Of a DNA stretch of 62,258 nucleotides, positions 35,574 through 46,900 are shown in pieces; within the stretch, counting starts at the first letter, position 1, and each line of letters opens with the position of its first letter. The DNA lies in the IMG/VR virus record IMGVR_UViG_3300035701_000028, positions 1 to 62,258 of that record, one strand, 5' to 3'. The stretch is from a virus (lineage: Duplodnaviria > Caudoviricetes). The position numbers were made by a program, and so were the translations under genes. The notes beneath the pieces were generated by a model. The model saw only the letters and a list, made by a program, of their open reading frames with translations. It searched no databases and was not told where the DNA came from.

Positions 35574-36023
35574 TTATTCCTGCATCAGAGAGTAGATCAC
35601 CCACACGTTCAGCGTCCCCGCAAGGGGCGTCGCGCCTGCAACCGTGGCATCGATCGTATCCGCCGCAGCGTAATACTTGCCGTTGGCGCAGAGTTCAGCC
35701 GCCGTCTCCGAGTCCACCATCACACCCGTTGTCACAGCGGTCTGCGGAGCGATGTCGGCGGACGCCATAAAGCACGCTGCCGAAACGCCATCGCCGATGG
35801 TGATGGTCACAGAAGCCGTCCACGCGACACCAACCGAGGTCAAGACCTTATGAACCAAGGTCATTGCGGGAAGGCCGAACAGTTCGTACACGTTGCCGTT
35901 GACGGAAAGCTGCGTGTAGTCGAACAGTTTGTGGGCCACTAGCTGCGGAGCGGGGAGGCCCATCGAGCGGATGAACTCCCCTTCCTTCGGCAGGGCCATC
36001 TTGTACGTTGAAACGATAGCCAT
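35574..36023 (-). CDS. Capsid decoration-like protein
   Basis: LFGLPA...ITIGDG...YYAAADTI; immediately after the MCP. Confidence 0.65.
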   Translation of the reverse strand: MAIVSTYKMALPKEGEFIRSMGLPAPQLVAHKLFDYTQLSVNGNVYELFGLPAMTLVHKVLTSVGVAWTASVTITIGDGVSAACFMASADIAPQTAVTTGVMVDSETAAELCANGKYYAAADTIDATVAGATPLAGTLNVWVIYSLMQE

Positions 36024-36088
36024 TTCCTTTTCTCCTTGCTAAGTGAGAGAGGGGGCCAGGGTTCGGCCCCCTGTTCTACTCAGCATCC

Positions 36089-37099
36089 TTAGTCGTCACT
36101 GAAGACGTTGGTGTGTTCGCACGAGCGAATCCACAGGGCATTCGTCATGCCCATGCCGAGGGACGCCTTCCACGCAACACTGCCGCGCTGGTTCAGTGGA
36201 TCATCCCCGAAGCCCAATGGCTTCATGATGAGTTCCACAGGTGACGCGCGCTTGCCTGCGGCCCCGGTCATGTTTCCATAACCAGGCCCCATATTGTCCA
36301 CCATCTCAGGGGTAATCCCCACCATGCCGACGTAGCCATAGGCTTCGCGGGCGATGAACAGGAGATCATAGACATCAGTCGTTCCGCCCACCCCCGTATC
36401 TGCGTACTTACGGGAGTTGGAAGAAACGAAGATGTCGCAGCGGAGCAGCGATCCCACCCGGTAGGTGCGGATAGCTGGTGACGTTCGCTCTGCTTCCTGA
36501 AGGAACAGGTTGACGAACACGGGGTCTTGCATCAGGGTTGCGAAGGTGTGCGGGTGCATGATGACGGCGAAGTTGTCACCCGAGATGGGCATGGCGTTCT
36601 CGCCCTCTAGGGCCGCGATCTGCTTTACGAAGTCCGCATAGGTGATGTCGTGCTGCGGGCTGTCGAGGTTGCCGCGTGCCGTCTGGTTCGCCGAGTAGTC
36701 CTTTGTCGCGCCTGCGGTGATGGTATCGCGAATGAGGGTGTCGATCGACACGCCGCATTGCTCACCGAGGATGCCCGCGATCTCGGACACGATCGGATCG
36801 AAGGTGGTCATATCGAGTTCATCGGTATAACCAATCCACGCACCGTAGAACAGCGGGGTGATCGTAACCTTGGAGGCGGTCGGGACGGCCTGTTCTGCCG
36901 GGGTCGTGCCTTCGGTCAGGGCCGTAGTCATCGCGCTCAAGGAACCGTACTTGCGGAGTTCGTATGCGCCCATCTTGTTCAGGCGCGCAACCATCCCGAA
37001 CTTGCCATGCGGCAGTCTAGGGACGGCGCGGGTCAAAAGACGGCGCTCGTACTGCGTCTTGACGGCATCAGGGAGAGCCGTCTGAGTCAGGTTAGCCAT
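36089..37099 (-). CDS. Major capsid protein, N4-gp56-like
   Basis: LTEGTTP, YGAWIGYTD, EAYG, DPLNQRGSVAWK. Confidence 0.9.
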   Translation of the reverse strand: MANLTQTALPDAVKTQYERRLLTRAVPRLPHGKFGMVARLNKMGAYELRKYGSLSAMTTALTEGTTPAEQAVPTASKVTITPLFYGAWIGYTDELDMTTFDPIVSEIAGILGEQCGVSIDTLIRDTITAGATKDYSANQTARGNLDSPQHDITYADFVKQIAALEGENAMPISGDNFAVIMHPHTFATLMQDPVFVNLFLQEAERTSPAIRTYRVGSLLRCDIFVSSNSRKYADTGVGGTTDVYDLLFIAREAYGYVGMVGITPEMVDNMGPGYGNMTGAAGKRASPVELIMKPLGFGDDPLNQRGSVAWKASLGMGMTNALWIRSCEHTNVFSDD

Positions 37100-37145
37100 T
37101 GCCTATACCTCCCCGAACCCCCCGACTCTCCCTGAGAAAGGAGCG

Positions 37146-37910
37146 TTAGGTCGGAGGTTTCGGAAGAACGCTCGGGTCGAGGAGTCCCTGCTCGATGAGC
37201 GAGTAGATAGCCTCGTCCGAACCGTATCGTTTCCGAAGGCTTTCCCAATCCATTCCAGAGGCAGGCGAACCTGTCGAAGACACCACAGGAGGAGCAGCAG
37301 GAGGTTCCTTGGGCGCGGCAGGCGAAGTACCACTTGCGTTCTCGGCCTTGGATTTCAAGTCCTCAAACCTCGTCCAGAGAGCGGCCCACACGCTTGAGGC
37401 CAACTCCTCTAGCCCCTGATCCAGGATCAACATATCTTTTGGAATGCCGTACTGCGCAGCCGTCGATATGTAGTCTTCCCGGATCGCTCGTTCCTGTAGT
37501 TGGATAGAGAGTTGCTGATTCTCCCGAGCTAACCGTTGGTTATCTTCCGTAGCCTGGGTTGCCTGGAAGGTTCTCAGTTCCTCTTCCGTCATGTTGGCGG
37601 TCTGGAAGCGGCGCAAGTTATCTTGGTACTCTGTCTCTCGCTGCTTCCACTCGCTCTCCCTTTGACGCCACTCATTCTGTGCGCGGTCATAGGAAGACTT
37701 CAGCTTGTTGATATCCGCCTGTGTCTTTCTCAGTTCGGCCTGCAAATCCCCACCACCGCTCGGAGCCGCTGGGGGCGTCCCACTTGCCGGAGTCGCGGCA
37801 GGAGTTGTCTCCTGCGGCTTCACGGCTGGAACCCCGCCGCTCCCTGGCGTCCCTTGTTCAGGAACCACAGGGGCTTTCGGCTCCGGAGTTGAAGGATCAA
37901 TTCCGGGCAT
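37146..37910 (-). CDS. Capsid scaffolding protein
   Basis: Pro-rich N-terminus plus coiled coil, upstream of the MCP; start MPGIDP with GGAGG RBS. Confidence 0.75.
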   Translation of the reverse strand: MPGIDPSTPEPKAPVVPEQGTPGSGGVPAVKPQETTPAATPASGTPPAAPSGGGDLQAELRKTQADINKLKSSYDRAQNEWRQRESEWKQRETEYQDNLRRFQTANMTEEELRTFQATQATEDNQRLARENQQLSIQLQERAIREDYISTAAQYGIPKDMLILDQGLEELASSVWAALWTRFEDLKSKAENASGTSPAAPKEPPAAPPVVSSTGSPASGMDWESLRKRYGSDEAIYSLIEQGLLDPSVLPKPPT

Positions 37911-37938
37911 CGTTCCCTCCTGTATGAATTGTCTATCC

Positions 37939-37968
37939 ATTATAGGTCGGAAGTAATGGCGATGTCAA
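37939..37968 (-). promoter_or_regulatory. Capsid-operon promoter
   Basis: TTGACA-18bp-TATAAT. Confidence 0.8.
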
Positions 37969-37970
37969 AC

Positions 37971-40900
37971 TTACGACCCCGTAAACTGTTGAAGCGCTCC
38001 CGACCATTCTGGGTGAAGCTGTGCAAGACGTGACAGATATTCTAGCTCGTAAGCCGTCAGCGGAACCTCCTCTGTGATGTGAGTCAGAATCTCCTGCGGA
38101 ATGCTCTGGATCAACTCCGGAGGCAGCGCATTCAGCGGCCTCTTGCTACCGACCTTCGAGGGGGTCGCAGCCAACTCCATCGCATTCATTGTCGAGCGAC
38201 GACCCATAGGAAGGAAGGGAGTTGCAGCCGCCGCCGTACCTCCGCCTCCACTCGTGCCACCACCCCGGCCCCGACCGCCACCACCGCCCGTAGAATATCC
38301 GGTCGATGCGGAGGTCGCGACGTAGTACGCTTTCCAGATCGGATTCCCTGCGGCCCAGGCATCCCGCATGTCGTAGTATTTCTGAATGCGTGGGTGCGTC
38401 CGCTTGTATTTGCGCTTCTCAAAGGAGGAGAGCGAGATGTAGTAAACATATTCGGCCCAGAATCCAGGCCCCAGATCGCGATCGACATTCGACCGGAATT
38501 GCTTGTTCAGGGCCTCCGCCGTCACCTGCAATTGAAGCTCCTGGAGCGAGGGGGCACGAAGCTTGAGCGTTACCGCGATCTTCAGCATCCGGGCGAGGAA
38601 GGCCGAGCGATCCTTCGGATCAGACCACGCGCCGCCCGCCCCAAGCAGAATGTCGAAGTCGCCATCATCCCCACCCAGCTTGCGGTTCTCTTCCATCATG
38701 GCGCTGCGCTGCGTTCCGGGCGCGGCCCATCCGTAGACCGTATAGATGGATTCAAGTTCCTTGTCGGCCTGGGTCTTGGGGGCCAGCCGCTCATCCACAC
38801 TCTCGACACCCCGGCCCTCTGCCGCCGTGGAGATTTCTCCGGGCGTCCAGCGCCCAGGGAACTGCTCCGATACCCACTGCGCGATCTGGGATGGAGTCGG
38901 CTCTGGATGGCTCTTCTTCCATAGCTCCTTCGCCAACTCCAACTCCTTGCCCGACTTGTCCTTGATTGCATCCCAATAGGTATCGTAGTAGTTTCGGGCG
39001 TAGACCCGATCCATCGCAGTATAGAGGGTCGCGGTCTCATCGCGCCACTTATCGATGACCTCGATTGTCGTTTCCTTGAGGAGATTCGCGACGAAGGTCG
39101 GAATATCGATCGTTGGGGCCTCGCCTCCCTCTAATCGGAAAGCCATGCCCTCCCGGATGTCGATCTCCATCTGGTTCTGGAAGTTGCTCCGCAGCGAATC
39201 GGCCAGCATAGGCAATTCCTTGATCCACTGCTGGAACCGAACTTGATAGTCCGTATAGCTCTCGCCTTCATCCCGCTTCCATCCGGGCCGTGTCTCCCAG
39301 ATGATGCGCAGCCAGTTGTCCCTGTAGTGGCCCGTAATGCCGGAGATCGGCTTGTACCCGATCATCCATTCTGTCCGCGCCATCGGGAACATCTTGTCGG
39401 CCTCTATCCGCCACGCGAAGTAGTCTTCCCAAGTCTTCTTTTTGAGGGGCGAGTCCGTACCGATCGGTAGCTCATGGAGCTTTTGGTCACGGATGTATTG
39501 GTCAGTCGCCAAGAGATCGTAGCGGGCGCGAGTCTGAAGATCGGACTCGATAGAGACTGCCAGCAGATCGCGCCGCTGTATTCCCTGAGCCGACTTCTCA
39601 GTTTCCGGAACCTTGACGAAGCGAATGGAGTTGTAGAGATTGTAGATCAGACCCTCGGGAGTTCCATACCGCTGATCCGTGTAGTTCTTGTAGAGTTGCT
39701 CAGGGTCTCCTTCCAGACCCATCACCTTCGCCCCAACGAAGCTGTTGATGTTGTCGCGTAGCATATTCAATTCAGAACGCAGGCGCAGCATCTCGGCATC
39801 GGCATCGCTGAAGCGACGGCCATAGAACCCGGTAAAGAAGCCGACCGTCTTGGTGTAATACTCTTGAAGCTCGAAGTTGCGCTTGTAGGTCTGCCAGATC
39901 GGGACGGACTCGCGATCGGTCGTACCAATCGCGCTCTCGGCCTGAGAGACCAGCGCGATCTTCTCTGGCTCCGTCAGGCCCCCGTTCTGGAGTTTGTCCA
40001 AGATGTCCGTCAGCATGTAGCGCTCGATCAGGTAATCACGCCACGGAACCTCGGGCGAGACATTGCTGCGGATGACGGGATTATCCAACAGGTTCAACTT
40101 CTCCAAGAGTGAGTCGCGCCACCACTTCGGGATGAGTTCAAGCTCAGAGAAGAGAGCGAAGGCGCTGTATTGATTCGTCACGTCATCGCCCCCCGCGATC
40201 TGCAGGGCGATGGAGACCCACGGCCCGACGCTGACACCCCAATACTGGCCGTACTCCTGGAGATAGGCATAGACCTTGGCGATGACGGGCAGTTCCTCGT
40301 CCACGTCATCGTACTTGCGGCTGACACGCGGGAAGATGTAGCGGCCCGACCACGGTGCGATCGGATTGAACCAGATGCCCGTATCGCCCAGCGGGTAGCA
40401 CCCTTCGAGCGACGAGAGGGGCAGGCCATCCGAATCTACGAAGCCGTGCTTTATGGCAAGGCGCTGCGAATTCTGAATGTATTTGTAATACATGGCGAAG
40501 ATCGTCGGGTGCGCAAGCGTCTGTTCAATCCAGAAGGGGATCGAGCGCGACGGGAACATCCAGAAGGGAATGACCTTGCGCATGATCGCATCGAAGTTGT
40601 TGTAGTCGCTGTAGTCCAACATGGCATGGTTCGTCTCGGGCAGCGCCCCCTTGATGGCTTTCTCCGCGCTCCCATAGATCGACGCATCCATGACATCGTA
40701 CTTCGATTGGACGATGCTCTGAATCTGATTCTTTAGGATGTTGGCTTGGTCGATCGGCAGGCCCTTGACGAAGACATCGCCCGCTTCGGACTGACCCATG
40801 ATCCAATCGCGCCAGTTTGTCATCATCGCTTCGGCCTGTTGGCCGCGCGCAGTAATGGCCTGACCCGAGCGGAACCACTGCGTCAGTCCCTCCGGCAAGT

Positions 40901-43900
40901 CCCACTCCGGGACGAAGGTCGGATGCAGGACGCGCAACTCGGCGATGGCATCGCGGATATTCGCTGGCGTCCGACGCGCGAGGTCAGCGTTGACCACGCC
41001 CATGAAACTCTCCGCCTCGCGCTTGAGGGCCTGCATCGCATCGATGAGCGGCGAGGCTTCGCGTTCTCCCCACGGCCCCTGACGCAGCATCCGGATCGTA
41101 TCCTCAATGAAGGCCATGAAGGTCGCCCGATCGTTGGCGACTTCACCCCACTCATCCACCAGAGAGCGTCCACGATAGGTGGCCGGGTTGCGCGAGAAAG
41201 CCGTCCACGCTGCGGCCTGCTGTTCGCGAATCTCCCGCTCGACAACGACATCCAGAAGCTCGGCTTGGTGAATTCCGTATCGTGAGTAAAATTCCTCATC
41301 AGCCTGAGCAATCAGGTCTTCGGGGAATCCCATCATGCGCATGATCTCTGGGCTCGGGGAGCGGAAGGGAAGCGTTCCGACATTTGTCCCGCTGTAGATT
41401 CCGTCCGACAGCGCACCACGCACGCGGCTGACGATCTGCGCAGGAGGCTTGCGCATTCCGGGCGGAAGTTCGCCCTTCTCGATCAGAACCAGAGCGTTCA
41501 GGACATCCTCACGCTTCGAGCGCGAATTAGGAAGCGCCCTGAACCACTCTGGCTCTGCTCCCTCCGACATCGCCATGACTTCCTGGCGCATGGCTTCGAT
41601 CTCATCCAACGTGGCCCGACGCATTCGCGGGTCTTGGAGCTTGGTGACGGGCTCGGAGATTGCGTCCCAAAGCCTCTGGTTCGCCGAAGTAACGGTTGCT
41701 TCGTAATCAAGTTCGGCCTCGATCGTATGGACGATCTCCATGTCGTCGGGCGTCAGGGGGACATACCAACGGTCGTCGAGCTTGACCGCATCGATGGGAA
41801 CTTCCGGCCCCTGGTTCAGAGACAGCTTGAGCATGGGATTGGTCGGATGAAGCTCGACCCCCTGCTCGAACATGCGGGACGCGATCCGATCCTGGCGGCG
41901 CAGAAGGGTATCCGCCTCCTCCGGAATGTCCGCGAACATGCGGCCATAGGCCCGGCGAACCTGATCGGTCAAGTCCACGTCCAACGCGCCGCCACGCATG
42001 ATGGTCTTGTAGATGTCACGCAGGAAGGAACGGATGCGCTGGAAGACAGAAAGAAGTTCTGGCGTGGGAGGGATGCCCTCACGCATGAAGACCTCGAAGC
42101 CTCGCGCGAACTTCTCGCGGGCCTCACCCGTCCACTCGCCACCCACCACACCCGCCCAGCGCTCGAAGATTTCCAGGTCGCGCTTGGCGAGAGGGTTGAT
42201 CGTCGCTTCATGAATGAGCGACTGATGGAAGATGTGGCTCATCTCATGGCCGAGGGTCGATGCGTCCGGATTGGTCAGGTGGATCAGCATCTTGCCCGCA
42301 TCCAACATTGATGCGGCCCCCTGCACAATGTCCTGGTGCAACTGGAACATCGGGTTGACTTTCTGCGCCCCGCTCCGGAGTTCACCATTGAACAGGAAAC
42401 CGGTTACAGGATGGGTCATCGTCCTGCCCGTATCCGCCATGTAGACCAGCTTCATGTCTCCAGGATCGAGCCCATACTGCTTGACAAGATCGCGGACGTA
42501 GGCGGGCATCTTCTCTCCATAGAAGGTCTCCATTCCCTTCTCCTGGACAAGACGAGCCCCACGACTCAAGTCTCCATCAACCGCGCCACGTTCTATGGCC
42601 TGAAGGATTTCGTCCGTTGCCTTGCTGTTCCCAATCCATTCATGGAAGAAATTCGGCAGGTCTTCTATGGAGATGGGAATGCGGTTGCGCGACATCTCAA
42701 TGAAGGTTCCCTGCGCCGTCCAATGGACAGACCAATGAGTAGGAGGAAGGGCATAACGTCGGGCCTGATCGATACCGCGCGTCCAAGAGATTCCGTCGTA
42801 CCCATTCTCCAGAGCATAGGAGAGGATGTCGCGCACCGCCATCTTGTCCCACGAAGAGAGGAAGGGCGTCGGAGCGACGGCACGCAGGAGCGTCTGCTTC
42901 TTCAGCCAAAGATCAACGTAGGCATCTGCCATAGGATCGAGTTCACTGAGAGCGTATGCAAATAGCTCCAGCCGCTCGGAGGACACGCGACCCGCATAAC
43001 GGGTAGCCCGATCCGCAAGTTCTCTGTCAAATCTGCGGATGACCTCTTTCGCGTACATCCTATCGTAAATCGGAAGGTCACTTGCACGTCGAATGGACGC
43101 TCTCGCTGCGACGTATCTCCGTAGGTCTGAACCCGTACCGATTATGTCCTCGAATTCCCTTCGTATCTCTGAAGTTGCATAGGAGAGTTTCTGCTCCGCT
43201 GCCGAACTATCGACAAACTTCCTCATGTCGGTAATGGCTTCAGGACTCATGAATCCATGGGTACGCGCAGCCTGGAACATATCCGACTGGAGTTCTTCGA
43301 CATTGAGAATCTTCTTGCCTGTGTCCGAAATAAAGTCCTGGAGACGGAAGTGGAACAGGACATCCGATATGCCCCAATGGGACGTACTGAAAGGAATCCG
43401 GCGATTGAGCTTCTGTATGAAGCCCCTGGCATCCCATCCGATGCGGTCGATGATTGACCGGGCCGCAATGATATCCTCTCCATACCGTTCGGAGATTGCT
43501 GCGAGGGACTCGCCAAACAGATTGTCATTCGGCTCAGCTATGTTGTCGAAGATTTCCCTCCAGAGATTCCCAATATCCCTATCGCTCATGTGAGGTAGTT
43601 GCTCACGAATCTCTCTATACATGGCTGTCTTTAGGATGTCTTCAGTCCCTCCATATACATAGAGGAATTCCTGGTAGTTCGCACCCCCCTCCAATGCGTA
43701 TTGCTTCCACTTGAGATCGGAGAGTGTAACTTGATCGAGCCTGAGTTTCTGGGCCTCCGTCAACTCATATCCAGCTTCCCTCAGATTCGCCATATCATAG
43801 ACGATTCTCTTAGCCGCTTCTCCTCTCTCCAACCTATAGATCGCTGGGCGGTTCCCTCGGATGAGTTCAAGCATTTCACCTGCCGAGACTCGCTCGTTCT

Positions 43901-46900
43901 GTTTCAGATACTCATCGAGCCCGAGAGCTTTCAATTCCTCCTTGGTAACGCCAGCGCTGCTCAATGCAGCACGAACCTTGCCCGCCGACATGCCATCGAC
44001 GATCTTCCCATCTCCGATCAGCTTCTCGGAGCGACAATACCAAGACGGATTTCCATTCAGTCTCATCTGATGGGAGGGCGGAACAATCCCGCGAAGCTCC
44101 AGTAGCCCATCCTTCAGGGCTTTGTTGGTTTCCTGGACTTTCCGTGCCGCGATAGAGACCCCTTCGGGCAGTCCTTCAATGACCTCCCCATTGACGATCC
44201 GCTCGGTAATCTTGTTCGATTCCTCAATTCCGAAGTGTAGGCGCAACTCCGTCTGCAATTCCGTCATCGCATCGATGAAGTCCTGCTTGATCTTCGTCAG
44301 GTTGGCCGTCGCTTGATACCAGCGCGCGCTGTTGGACGGGGCCGAATTGGTAACACCCGCAATCCAATTCTCGTAGAACTCCTGCTTGGTGTGGCCGTAG
44401 CGCTGCGCCCATCGATCGGCATAGGCATCGGTCAGTGTCAGCCATTGCTCGGCCTCATCATCCAAGCGACCGACTGCGGCCAAGGCGGTTCGGAAATCGT
44501 CGATGCCCTTGATCGCAGAGGGCACATGCACCAGATCGTCATAGAGCATGATCGATCGCTTGCCCGTCGCCAAGTCCTTGACCATGATCCGCAATCGGCC
44601 TTCGGTATCCCGGCCAATGATCGCGACTTCCTGATAGAGATTCCGATCCTTGACGCCGTTCCCGAGCTTCATGTCCCAGATGCCCTCGGCCCTCGCGCCA
44701 CGCGCAACATCAGCCGGGGACGTTCCCGTAGGCACAGTCGCCCATCCCGAAAGCCGATTTGTCCACGGCTCCTGGAAGGCAGCTTGCGCCCGTAGGTGGG
44801 GAGGAATGTTCTCTCCATAGAAGAGAGCCCGGAAGTTGTCGATCTGCTGCTGGGTCTCGTAGACGAACCGCTCATGGGTTACGGGGTGCTCGAAGACAAT
44901 CTTGCGGATGTCCCCTGCCTTCGGCCCCTTGGTGTAGTAGCTCAGATCGATACCAAAGCGGCGCAGGTAATCCTCATCGGTCAGGAGGAACTTCTCGCCC
45001 CGCACCAGCTTGTCAGCTATTTCCTGAGAGAGGCGCGCATCGATGAGATCGATCTTCTTCTCGAAGGGGAAGACCAATTCCTCCCACGCGCGAGGGTTCC
45101 CACGACGGACGACTTCTCCAGTCGCGTCGATGAACGATCCAGATCGAGGGCCAATAGGAATACCCTCGATGACCCACGACATCGAGGATCGGCGCAAGCG
45201 GCTGGCCTGCCGAACCGTCGCGGCGTACTTGTCTACGATCTCTTTCTTGTTGGGGAGGCTCTCTGCATTGGCCGCGATCGCCCGGATGCGAGTCTCATAC
45301 GCTTCCCGAACGTCCTCATGACCGATCCACGCACGATCCTCAAGGAAGCGGCGTCGCTCGGCAAGCTCATCTGGATCGAGAATGGACTCGGGAACATCGA
45401 GGTTGGTAGCCCGCGCGGGGCGCGCGGTCGCGGGTTCCCCGTAGATTATTCGGGGGTGGTGTTGCTCGACTTCGGAGAGGAAGGCCCGGCCTTCGGGTGA
45501 CGACTCAAAGTTACGGATAATGTCTTCATAGGAGACGAGGCCACCTTCCCCGGCTCCGGCAGCGGATCGAGTATATCCGACCGTCCGGACGCGGCGAGTA
45601 GTGACTGTAGCTCGGCATGGAATCGCTTCAGATTCCAAATCTCCGGTGATTCTGTGGAGGTCATGGGCATACTCCTTATAGTTTACATCATATATTGACA
45701 GGTGGATAAAGTCAACCCCCATCCTGTCGGGGTGCATTTCAAAGCCGAAAACCTTGCCCTCCCGGATGGCGATCTGGTAGAGCTTGTCTTCCTCCGCCTG
45801 AGAGAGCGCATGGTCGAAGCGGAGGGTCAAGCTGGGCTCGATCGATTCCCCCATGGCTTCATTGACTATGCCGTAGTTCAACCCCGGCGTATCATCGACC
45901 CAATGCAGAATGACCTGCTTCTGCTTGAATTCGTCCCGCGCGACGATCGACGCACGATAGGTAATCTCGTCAATCTGAGATTCATGAACGGTCGCGCTGA
46001 AACGGATCGAGGGTTCGCGCTGCGTCAGGTCGAAGACACCAATCGTCGGCTGAACTTCCAAGTCGAGCAGGTCGGGGAAGACATTGCGCAGGTAGTCCGT
46101 CCCATGCCCGACTGCCCGAGCCCGCAGGCGCATAGCCCCCTCGATATCGCCCGCCGCCGCAAGTTCGTTCGCCCGCTTCATGATGCCATCGAACAAGACC
46201 GTCTCGGCCCCATTGACCGAGGAGATGCCGATACGGAACCCGGTAATCTGCCGATCCCCAGGCAGCGCCTCGGACGAGACGGTGCGGATGCCCTGGTTCA
46301 TGGCCCGACCCCGCGAGACCGTCGCCTCCCTCGTCTTCCCGATCATGTCGTCGAAGAAGCGCCTATAGGCCAATGGCGTAAGAGGTTCTCCACGCTCCAT
46401 CATGACATGCTGGAACTCCAGAAGGCGATCGCGAATCTCAGTCGCCAGGAGTTCCCGGCTGGCCGGATCAATCGGCATCCGCTCCAGGTTCGGAGGAACG
46501 ACCTTCGACATCTCATAGCCGCGACCCTTCGACCGTCCCTCCACCATCTCGGTCAAGATTTCTCCCAACTGATCCGGGTTGTATTGGGACGCACTCCACG
46601 CCCGCCCGAAGAAGTCGATCGCGTCATCCGTCGCGCCAGATGCCCGCAAGTTCCGGATGACTGCAAGCTTCGCCGCCGTATCCAGACCGACGAAGTTGCG
46701 AGTAAAGACCTGATGGAACATATTCATACGGAAGGAAATCTCAAGCAGGTTGGCGTAGTCGCGCCCCACCCGAGCCCACAGACGAATAGCATCCCCCGCC
46801 GTCCGATCGATCGCCTTGCCCGAACGCTGCACGATGACCGGAAGGAATCCATTCCTGCGAACCGACTCGATGAAATCCCGGCCCGACCGTCGAGCCCCCT

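Noticed and set aside
37911-37940. Upstream start of the scaffold ORF
   Set aside because: ATG overlaps the -10 box; the RBS supports 37910
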